Below are positions 1-6,513 of a stretch of DNA of 32,000 nucleotides, piece by piece; within the stretch, counting starts at the first letter, position 1, and each line of letters opens with the position of its first letter. This stretch comes from Candidatus Nanopusillus sp. (GTDB taxonomy: Archaea > Nanobdellota > Nanobdellia > Nanobdellales > Nanobdellaceae): the NCBI GenBank assembly GCA_028275775.1, contig JAPWTZ010000005.1, positions 1 to 32,000 of the forward strand, read 5' to 3'. The notes under the pieces were generated by a model. The model was not told the DNA's origin. It searched no databases and was given only the letters and a program-made list of their open reading frames with translations. Both the position numbers and the translations under genes were made by a program.

Positions 1-1546
1 GATATATTTTTCTTTTATCATCAATTTTCATTAATGGTGCAATTTTCTTTTCCAATATATAACTATTATATTTTCCAATAAACATATGTTTATCCTGTAC
101 AGAATTCCATGTAAATACATTTCTAACTGCAACTTTCTTTAATTCTGCAATATATTTTTCTATTTCATATATATTTGTTACTCTTCTTTCATATCTTCCC
201 TTTACTGTTACTGATGTTGTAAATACAGCAATATTTAAGTTATCTATAAATGTAATTGGTATATTTATTGGTTCTCCAGTCAATCTTTCTATTAATTGAG
301 TTATATTACCTGAGTGGACTGTTGTCATAACAGGATGACCTGTTTGCATTGCCTGGAATGCTACATATCCTTCCTTACCTCTTATCTCACCTATTAGTAT
401 ATAATTTGGTCTAGATCTTAATGCTGCTCTTAATAGATCATACATAGATACATCTGCACTTTTTCCAACTTCTCTTGTAATTAATCTTTGCCATATATTA
501 TGTGGTATATTTAGTTCAGGTGTATCTTCTACAGAATAAACCTTTGCATCAGGTTTAATAAATGTAGCTAATGCATTTAATAATGTAGTTTTTCCCGATG
601 CTGTTTCTCCAGATATTACTATGTTCATTCCATTTTCAATTGCTAACCATAAATAAGCAGCCTCCTCTGGAGAAATTGTACCAAAAGAAATTAATTGTGT
701 TATACTTAATGGTTTTGCAGTGAATTTTCTTATTGTAAATGAAGATCCATGCAAAGATATATCTTTACCATATATAAAGTTAATTCTTGATCCATCTGGT
801 AATATTGCATCAACTATTGGTCTTGTTTCTGATGCAGGTCTATCAACTATTTGTGAATATTTAATTATATATTTATTTAAATCTTCCTCATTTTTGAATC
901 CTCTATTTGTTTTAAGCATTCCAAATATTTTATGTACAACATAAATTGGACCTAAACCCAATATATGGACATCCTCTAAATAAGGATCTCTTAAAAATGG
1001 TTCTAAATATCCATAACCAAATCTTTCTCTAATTAAGAAATATAATAATTTATCATATTCTTCCTGATTTTTTATATATACTTTATCAGAAAACAATCTT
1101 CTTTTCTGAAAATCAATAACTTTATTAAATAGATCAATTATATATCTTCTTACTTCTTCAATATTATTAAAGTTAATATCCTCTATTGCATATTTAACAA
1201 TTTTTGTTTGTATTTGTTCTAATTTTTTCTTCTCATTATCATTTAATTCAGGTTCTATTACATTGTATAATGCTTCTCCAGATGGTAATTTATATACATG
1301 AATAAATATTGGATCTCCAACAGGATATAATATATTAAATTCAGTCCTAGATCTTAAAGAAAAATCTAAAGAAGTCATCCATTCAGGAGGTCCAATTTTT
1401 AATGATATTTCATTAACATAATTTCTAAGATGTTCATATTTATTTAATGCTTCATTAAAATCTGTAGTTATATCACTAGTTATTACTTTTGCATTTTCTC
1501 TTTTTATTACATATTCCTCTTTTGTTTCTTGTATTTGTTCAGGCAT
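1..1546 (-). CDS. arlI: Archaellum motor/assembly ATPase ArlI (FlaI); C-terminal end runs off the left window edge
   Basis: Absent from the ORF track because it has no stop in the window. My translation of the minus strand from ATG 1546-1544 reads MPEQIQETKEEYVIKRENAK... and stays open to position 2 (last residues ...YILEKKIAPLMKIDDKRKIY). Walker A VISGETASGKTTLLNAL lies at ~570-620. PNYILIGEIRGKEGYVAFQAMQTGHPVMTTVHS is typical of FlaI/VirB11-type secretion ATPases. The ATG overlaps the arlH stop (TAATG). Confidence 0.9.
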   Translation of the reverse strand, partial: MPEQIQETKEEYVIKRENAKVITSDITTDFNEALNKYEHLRNYVNEISLKIGPPEWMTSLDFSLRSRTEFNILYPVGDPIFIHVYKLPSGEALYNVIEPELNDNEKKKLEQIQTKIVKYAIEDINFNNIEEVRRYIIDLFNKVIDFQKRRLFSDKVYIKNQEEYDKLLYFLIRERFGYGYLEPFLRDPYLEDVHILGLGPIYVVHKIFGMLKTNRGFKNEEDLNKYIIKYSQIVDRPASETRPIVDAILPDGSRINFIYGKDISLHGSSFTIRKFTAKPLSITQLISFGTISPEEAAYLWLAIENGMNIVISGETASGKTTLLNALATFIKPDAKVYSVEDTPELNIPHNIWQRLITREVGKSADVSMYDLLRAALRSRPNYILIGEIRGKEGYVAFQAMQTGHPVMTTVHSGNITQLIERLTGEPINIPITFIDNLNIAVFTTSVTVKGRYERRVTNIYEIEKYIAELKKVAVRNVFTWNSVQDKHMFIGKYNSYILEKKIAPLMKIDDKRKIY

Positions 1547-2250
1547 TATACATATGAGGATATTTCAATTATTAGCCCTATATTTGGTTCTACTCTAAAT
1601 GGTATTAATGTATTATATATTCCCATTGGATATCTAAATCTTTTTACCTCTATTATTTTTAATAAAGATGATTCTCCAATAGAAGAAAACCTTAAACTAA
1701 AGTATATATCTGCAATTCTCCTTATATTTCTTACAAAGAATTCATTTACTTCTGAAGGATTATATGTTAAAATAATTGTTCTATCTAGATTCTTTATTTT
1801 ATTTAAAAATTCAATTAATCTTATTGAATCCATTTTATCCAACCCATCTATTAATGGATATGATAAAGAATCCAATATTATTAGTTCATTTTCTAATAAT
1901 TTTTTAGATTTTTCCTTTGTTAATTCAAATATTAAATTTTCTTTTTCCTTTATTTTATTAAATAAATTAAGTGTTGGTATAAATAATAATTTTTGATTTA
2001 ATAAATAATCTTTTATATCATAACCCAAAGATTCCATTTGTTTAATAAAATCTACAACAGATAATTCTGTAGAAATATATGTTGCAGTATGATTATTTGA
2101 CAATGCTCCATATAATATTCTTTGACATACAATACTTTTTCCAGTTCCATTTTCTCCTTCAATTATAAATATACTACCCTTTGGAATTCCTCCCCCAATT
2201 CTATTTGAAAATTCATCCCTATCTAAATAAATATTAATATATTCTACCAT
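1546..2250 (-). CDS. arlH: Archaellum protein ArlH (FlaH), KaiC/RecA-like ATP-binding protein
   Basis: 234 aa. Walker A GENGTGKS near the N-terminus, RecA/KaiC-like length, and position directly upstream of arlI. Its start overlaps the stop of the upstream gene by 1 nt. Confidence 0.85.
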   Translation of the reverse strand: MVEYINIYLDRDEFSNRIGGGIPKGSIFIIEGENGTGKSIVCQRILYGALSNNHTATYISTELSVVDFIKQMESLGYDIKDYLLNQKLLFIPTLNLFNKIKEKENLIFELTKEKSKKLLENELIILDSLSYPLIDGLDKMDSIRLIEFLNKIKNLDRTIILTYNPSEVNEFFVRNIRRIADIYFSLRFSSIGESSLLKIIEVKRFRYPMGIYNTLIPFRVEPNIGLIIEISSYV

Positions 2251-2633
2251 TATGGACCAATATAATATAAAGAAGATTGGCCATTACAAAATGTTACTGT
2301 TAAATTATCTCCAGCATTTACTGGATAACTTACATTTAATTCTATTGTATATTGATTTAATACTTTATATGTAAAGTTAACTATTTTATTTCCTACTTCT
2401 ACATTACTTATACAAGATGGATTCATATTTTGTACTAAATATAATATTGAATTATTACCAGAATTATAATAATTTACTACATAATTTACTTGACCATTAT
2501 ATATTGGAGTTGTTATATTTGATATTTGATTTGCAATTATTTTTCCTGCTGAAGAATAAAAGTTAAAAAATGCACTTAATACTAGATATCCTGCTACAAA
2601 TAAAATAAATAAATATATTAATTCTCTTATCAT
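2250..2633 (-). CDS. ArlF/ArlG-like archaellum accessory protein (N-terminal TM helix plus beta-rich domain)
   Basis: 127 aa. Hydrophobic N-terminus LIYLFILFVAGYLVLSAFF followed by an Asn/Val/Tyr-rich beta-type domain. It occupies the flaF/flaG slot between arlD/E and arlH. ATGA overlap with the upstream gene. Assignment rests mostly on position and architecture. Confidence 0.45.
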   Translation of the reverse strand: MIRELIYLFILFVAGYLVLSAFFNFYSSAGKIIANQISNITTPIYNGQVNYVVNYYNSGNNSILYLVQNMNPSCISNVEVGNKIVNFTYKVLNQYTIELNVSYPVNAGDNLTVTFCNGQSSLYYIGP

Positions 2634-3361
2634 TTCCTTATTGGTGATATATATCCTTTCTGAATTAGCTCATTATACAGATCTTTTAATCTTTCTATAT
2701 TATTTGAACCACTTATTTGTGCCAGTTTTGATATTATATATAAACTTACTATATGATCCATTGGTAATAATTTTTTATTTTCTCCTTCAACATTCTTTAA
2801 TCCATTTAAATATTCCTTTAATTTTATTTTTACCTTTTCTGTTATCCAATTAATTGATTCATAATAATCTAATGCATCATCTACTTCTTCTATATTTGAT
2901 TTTTTAACTAAATATGATAACCAACCAATTATAATTGAAGAAACAGTTGGATTGTCATCAAGTTTACTTAAAGGTAATATATTATTTTCTGTATTTTCTT
3001 CTTTATTTTCATTTATAACCTGAACATTTTGTTCTTCTTTTTCTTCTTCTACAAATGGATTATAATTTTTTATTAGCATTTCATATATAGAAAAAACCTT
3101 CTCTAAATTATTTTTAATATTATTTATTTCATTTTGATGACTCTCTACAGTAGAACTAATATTTGAAACATTACTTGAAATTTCGGATACTTTATTCTCT
3201 AATTCTCTTACGCTTTTAGCTAAACCTTCAATAGAGTTAGCAATATTTTTTATTTCAGATGCATAATTTTGATTTACAATATTTTGCTGGGGTATAACAT
3301 TAATATTTTGAACATTTTTATCATCATTCTTTTTTCTAAATATGTTCGAAAATATATTCAT
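2630..3361 (-). CDS. arlD: Archaellum protein ArlD/E (FlaD/E family)
   Basis: N-terminal coiled coil, an NPF motif, then LPLSKLDDNPTVSSIIIGWLSYLVKKSNIEEVDDALDYYESINWITEKVKIKLKEYLNGL. This matches my memory of the FlaD/E C-terminal domain (W-L..L...G......L.YYe..gWIs..v...L..yl.G). The ORF is open back to ATG 3403, but ATG 3361 (MNIFSNIFRKK...) has TTTATATA at -30..-23, so I prefer 3361. Confidence 0.7.
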   Translation of the reverse strand: MNIFSNIFRKKNDDKNVQNINVIPQQNIVNQNYASEIKNIANSIEGLAKSVRELENKVSEISSNVSNISSTVESHQNEINNIKNNLEKVFSIYEMLIKNYNPFVEEEKEEQNVQVINENKEENTENNILPLSKLDDNPTVSSIIIGWLSYLVKKSNIEEVDDALDYYESINWITEKVKIKLKEYLNGLKNVEGENKKLLPMDHIVSLYIISKLAQISGSNNIERLKDLYNELIQKGYISPIRK

Positions 3362-3383
3362 ACAAATTTTAGATATCCTGAAA

Positions 3384-3399
3384 TATATAAATTTTATAA
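3384..3399. promoter_or_regulatory. Back-to-back TATA boxes (TATATAAATTTTATAA) for divergent arlD/E and aIF6
   Basis: On the minus strand TTTATATA ends 23 nt before ATG 3361. On the plus strand TTTTATAA ends 26 nt before ATG 3425. Both fit leaderless transcripts. AT-rich background makes chance matches easy. Confidence 0.35.
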
Positions 3400-3424
3400 C
3401 CATTCATGATAATCATTATTGATA

Positions 3425-4054
3425 ATGATAGTTAAAAAGGCGGATTATATTAGTATACCATCTATAGGTATTGTAATGCATATGTTTGATGATTTTCTTA
3501 TAGCAAGTGAAAGTGAAAAAAATAATATTGAAAGGATGAATATAGATATAAAAAAATATTATATAGAATCGCCAATTGTTTCTCCATATTTTATAGAATA
3601 TGATAACAAAATAATTATTAGTTCTAATGCTCCAGAAGAATTAAAGAAAATATTAAAGAATCATTTTGATATAATTGAAATAGATTTTATAGAAAATCTA
3701 ATAGGAAATATATTTTTAGTTGGAAAAAATGGGATAGTTTATTCTCATGGAAAGGAAAAAGATGTAAAAAAGATATCTGAAAAATTATCTTTACCAGCAT
3801 ATAGGATAAAAACAAAATATCTTTTTGGAAGTATATCAAAATTATATAATAATAAATTATTAATAAGTCAAGAATTAAATGATAAAATAATAGAAAAAGT
3901 AAAGGAAATTACAGGTTATATTATAGATATAGGATCAATTAATTTTGGAAGTCCATATTTAAGATATGGAATAGAAATTAATAAAGAATATTTAATAATT
4001 GGAAAATATTCTACTGGTCATGAAATTGTTAAGGTTGAGGAGTTCTTTTCATAG
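3425..4054 (+). CDS. eif6: Translation initiation factor 6 (aIF6)
   Basis: Repeated pentein-like modules align with archaeal aIF6: IPSIGIVMHMFDDFLIAS, IGNIFLVGKNGIVYSH, GSISKLYNNKLLISQEL, GIEINKEYLIIGKYSTGHEIVKVEEFF. The track start 3419 is a TTG; the first ATG is 3425 (MIVKKADY). Confidence 0.8.
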   Translation: MIVKKADYISIPSIGIVMHMFDDFLIASESEKNNIERMNIDIKKYYIESPIVSPYFIEYDNKIIISSNAPEELKKILKNHFDIIEIDFIENLIGNIFLVGKNGIVYSHGKEKDVKKISEKLSLPAYRIKTKYLFGSISKLYNNKLLISQELNDKIIEKVKEITGYIIDIGSINFGSPYLRYGIEINKEYLIIGKYSTGHEIVKVEEFFS

Positions 4055-4364
4055 ATATTTCATTTATTTTTGTTCTTATTTCATTTAAATCTTGATTTAA
4101 TTTATTTATTATATCATCTATTAATTTTAGAACTTCATCTTTACTTTTTTCAATAAATATATTTCTTCCAATATTTATTAATAAATTTTGATCATCCTTT
4201 ATTGATCCTCTAACAAATATCAATCCTCCTAAATTTATATATGTATCTTCTTGTTTTTTTAATTCATTAATAAAACTCTTTATTAATTCATATTCTAATA
4301 TTTTATTCTGTATAGCTTCTAATTGACTATATAAAAATTCTAATAGTTCATCAGAATTTTCCAT
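4029..4364 (-). CDS. pfdA: Prefoldin alpha subunit (short form)
   Basis: 111 aa. Central INLGGLIFVRGSIKDDQNLLINIGRNIFIEKSKDEVLKLI matches the double beta-hairpin core of prefoldin alpha, flanked by short coiled coils. It sits directly downstream of LX as in the conserved archaeal cluster. Confidence 0.6.
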   Translation of the reverse strand: MENSDELLEFLYSQLEAIQNKILEYELIKSFINELKKQEDTYINLGGLIFVRGSIKDDQNLLINIGRNIFIEKSKDEVLKLIDDIINKLNQDLNEIRTKINEISMKRTPQP

Positions 4365-4647
4365 TTTTAATATATTCTATAAATTTCTTTAAATTCTTAT
4401 CTTTTACATCATTTTCGCTAATTTCTTCAATTTTTAATATTTTTATTTTATTTCTTTTTACCTTATATGCACTTCCCAATAATGAATATATTCTTTCTAG
4501 AACATCATTTTCATTTATTCCTAACAATTCCTTTGTAAATTTATAAACAACCTTTCTTTTTGTTAAAACCCCTTCTTTTTTCTTTAAATTTCTTAAAATT
4601 TTTGTTTTAAATATTAATCCTTCAACTCTATATATTTTTACTTCCAT
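4351..4647 (-). CDS. rpl18a: Ribosomal protein eL20 (L18Ae / LX)
   Basis: 98 aa. MEVKIYRVEGLIF...VLERIYSLLGSAYKVKRNKIKILKIEEIS fits the LX family pattern (..vfrV.G......vYs.lGSkH.vkR..I.I.ei.ei). Confidence 0.75.
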   Translation of the reverse strand: MEVKIYRVEGLIFKTKILRNLKKKEGVLTKRKVVYKFTKELLGINENDVLERIYSLLGSAYKVKRNKIKILKIEEISENDVKDKNLKKFIEYIKNGKF

Positions 4648-4648
4648 T

Positions 4649-5626
4649 TTAATTCTTTGGTAATAAAGATATATATTCTATGCTTATTCTTTCTGGATTT
4701 CTTGGTGGTCTTATTGCTTTTCTTAATATTAATAATCTTTTCTTTGCTCCTATTACTGAACCCTTTAGCATTACATATGTATTCTTTACAATTCCATAAT
4801 GTGGCCAGCCAGAGCTTGGATTTATTTCATTATAATTATCTGAAATCTTTATTATTAATTTATTATATTCTGTTCTTCTAAAGAATCCATATTGACCTGG
4901 CATTGGTGTTGTTGGAAATATCCTTCTCATTCCTCTTGCCCCTCTAGCACCTACATGTCTTACAGATTTACTTCTCTTTGTTTCTCTAGGTTGAACTGTT
5001 ATTCCAAATCTTTTTACTTCTCCTTGAAATCCTTTTCCTTTTGTTACTCCAATTACATCTACATATTCTCCTTCATTAAATACGTCATTTATTTTTATTT
5101 GATTTCCTAACAAATTTTTTGCATAATTAAATATCTCTTTAATATTATTTCCTCCAATTGGTATTTCAAATATTTCAGGTTTCTTCTTTTTAATTGTTGT
5201 TAACCATGGTTGTGTATATACAATTAATTTTATTAATGAAACTTTATCTAATATTTGTTCAGCATCTTGAAGATCTTTTTCTAAATCTTCATTTGGTTTT
5301 AATGTTTTTATTCTTCTTTTAACATATTCATCAAAATTATTTGAAATAATATCCTTTAAAGATAAAAGTCCTTTATTTGTATCTTTTTTATATAATCTAA
5401 TTCCAAGAACTTTTAACGGAGGTGTTTCTATAATAGATACGGGTACATATTTTCCTTCTTTTGTTAAAATATGTGTTATACCAACTTTATATCCGGCAAA
5501 TGCAACTGGTTGAATATTATTAATAGAAGGCCAACTCTTGATTATCGGATATATTCTTTTAGCTCTTACTCTTGGCCAAAATTGCATAGATACTGCTCTA
5601 GGTTTATTTCTACCATGCTGTGGCAT
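4649..5626 (-). CDS. rpl3: Ribosomal protein uL3
   Basis: 325 aa. MPQHGRNKPRAVSMQFWPRVRAKR N-terminus, and VIGVTKGKGFQGEVKRFG and RHVGARGARG motifs typical of archaeal L3. Confidence 0.95.
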   Translation of the reverse strand: MPQHGRNKPRAVSMQFWPRVRAKRIYPIIKSWPSINNIQPVAFAGYKVGITHILTKEGKYVPVSIIETPPLKVLGIRLYKKDTNKGLLSLKDIISNNFDEYVKRRIKTLKPNEDLEKDLQDAEQILDKVSLIKLIVYTQPWLTTIKKKKPEIFEIPIGGNNIKEIFNYAKNLLGNQIKINDVFNEGEYVDVIGVTKGKGFQGEVKRFGITVQPRETKRSKSVRHVGARGARGMRRIFPTTPMPGQYGFFRRTEYNKLIIKISDNYNEINPSSGWPHYGIVKNTYVMLKGSVIGAKKRLLILRKAIRPPRNPERISIEYISLLPKN

Positions 5627-5650
5627 TTTTTATTATGTTATTAAAAACTC

Positions 5651-5656
5651 TTTTAA
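5651..5656 (+). promoter_or_regulatory. TTTTAA box, candidate TATA element of tRNA-Pro
   Basis: Starts exactly 32 nt upstream of G1 of tRNA-Pro (5683). tRNA-Arg shows the same hexamer at the same offset. Confidence 0.45.
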
Positions 5657-5682
5657 ATTTTTGAAAAATCTTTTATTTTTAA

Positions 5683-5753
5683 GGGACCGTAGGCTAGTGG
5701 TAGGCTACTGGGTTTGGGTCCCAGGGATCGGGGTTCGAATCCCCGCGGTCCCA
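5683..5753 (+). tRNA. tRNA-Pro (anticodon UGG), no encoded CCA, no intron
   Basis: Hand-folded cloverleaf. Acceptor GGGACCG/CGGTCCC; D stem GGCT/GGCT (two G-U pairs); anticodon stem CTGGG/CCCAG; loop TTTGGGT; T arm CGGGG-TTCGAAT-CCCCG; discriminator A. A GC-rich island in AT-rich DNA. Confidence 0.95.
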
Positions 5754-5822
5754 TTATTTTTAGTTCAATATCTTTGTTAACAGATTTTATAATTGATTTT
5801 ATATTGAGGCATTGTAAGATAA

Positions 5823-5828
5823 TTTTAA
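5823..5828 (+). promoter_or_regulatory. TTTTAA box, candidate TATA element of the box C/D sRNA
   Basis: Starts 31 nt upstream of the G that opens the putative C box (5854). Confidence 0.35.
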
Positions 5829-5853
5829 TATTTCATTTATATTATTATATATA

Positions 5854-5902
5854 GTGAAGATGCAAGGCATTGCTGATAAATGATGAAACATCGATATACA
5901 GA
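5854..5902 (+). ncRNA. Candidate box C/D sRNA (2'-O-methylation guide)
   Basis: GTGAAGA (C variant, 5854-5860), 12 nt, CTGA (D', 5873-5876), TAAA, TGATGA (C', 5881-5886), 12 nt, CAGA (D variant, 5899-5902). Both spacers are exactly 12 nt and the internal boxes are canonical. It lies between two tRNA genes on the same strand. Confidence 0.55.
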
Positions 5903-5914
5903 TAAAATTAAGTA

Positions 5915-5920
5915 TTTTAA
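5915..5920 (+). promoter_or_regulatory. TTTTAA box, candidate TATA element of tRNA-Arg
   Basis: Starts exactly 32 nt upstream of G1 of tRNA-Arg (5947). Confidence 0.45.
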
Positions 5921-5946
5921 TTTTTCATAATAATATTTTTATAATT

Positions 5947-6021
5947 GGACCCGTAGCTCAGCATGGATAGAGCGACGGCCTTCTAAGCCGTAGGTCGGGG
6001 GTTCGAATCCCCCCGGGTCCG
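5947..6021 (+). tRNA. tRNA-Arg (anticodon UCU), no encoded CCA, no intron
   Basis: Hand-folded. Acceptor GGACCCG/CGGGTCC; D arm GCTC-AGCATGGATA-GAGC; anticodon stem ACGGC/GCCGT; loop CTTCTAA; variable AGGTC; T arm GGGGG-TTCGAAT-CCCCC; discriminator G. Confidence 0.95.
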
Positions 6022-6480
6022 CTATTGATTTGAAATCTTGAATGGTAAAGGAGCCTGTTGTACAGTGTTTCCATATGTAAATGAAAATTCATAAGATCCT
6101 CTATTCGATAATAAGTTATTTATAATTAGATCTTCATTTGTACAATTTAATTCAATTGTTGTTTGACTATTTGAAGATAATGTATAATTATTTGTAACTA
6201 TATTACATGTGCCAGTTTGATAACTATTTTGACTGTATGTATAAGTAACTTCCATATTGCTTAAATTTATATTAGATCCAGCATTATATATTATTGCATA
6301 TATGCCATTTGAAGTAAAGTACATATATGATATTTTAAATGATACAGGACCGGATGATGAAGTACTTTTTCCTAAAAGTTTTAATATTACCTGTGGAGGT
6401 ACAAAAAAATATAGAATAACTACAATTCCCAATATAATACCAAATATTATAATAAGTGTTGTAAGGAAGTCGCTTTTCAT
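6022..6480 (-). CDS. Hypothetical membrane-anchored beta-rich protein (possible pilin/ArlF/G-like fold)
   Basis: 152 aa. N-terminal TM LTTLIIIFGIILGIVVILYFFV, then a Ser/Asn/Thr/Tyr-rich domain with IYAIIYNAGSNINLSNMEVTY. This is the same architecture as the 127-aa arlF/G-like protein. There is no recognisable class III signal-peptide cleavage motif. Its stop codon abuts the tRNA-Arg 3' end. Confidence 0.5.
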   Translation of the reverse strand: MKSDFLTTLIIIFGIILGIVVILYFFVPPQVILKLLGKSTSSSGPVSFKISYMYFTSNGIYAIIYNAGSNINLSNMEVTYTYSQNSYQTGTCNIVTNNYTLSSNSQTTIELNCTNEDLIINNLLSNRGSYEFSFTYGNTVQQAPLPFKISNQ

Positions 6481-6513
6481 TATTATAAAATAATCTTATG
6501 ATATTTTTAAACT

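Noticed and set aside
1529-1996. 155-aa plus-strand ORF, together with the other track ORFs antisense to strong genes. These are 720-944, 2641-2853, 4657-4881, 4892-5110, 6257-6493, 7001-7213, 13425-13610, 16263-16535, 16732-16935, 17802-18008, 19129-19395, 20174-20377, 21261-21476, 22299-22583, 23876-24061, 25516-25779, 25724-25924, 26312-26611, 26413-26646 and 30991-31182.
   Set aside because: All lie entirely or almost entirely inside well-supported genes on the opposite strand. They are low-complexity Phe/Leu/Ile/Ser/Asn-rich translations, several use GTG/TTG starts, and none has a recognisable motif. They are expected by-products of antisense reading in AT-rich coding DNA.
5538-5780. 80-aa plus-strand ORF spanning the rpl3 start and tRNA-Pro
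   Set aside because: It overlaps the 5' end of rpl3 in antisense and reads straight through the tRNA-Pro gene. The GC-rich part of its translation is simply the tRNA.
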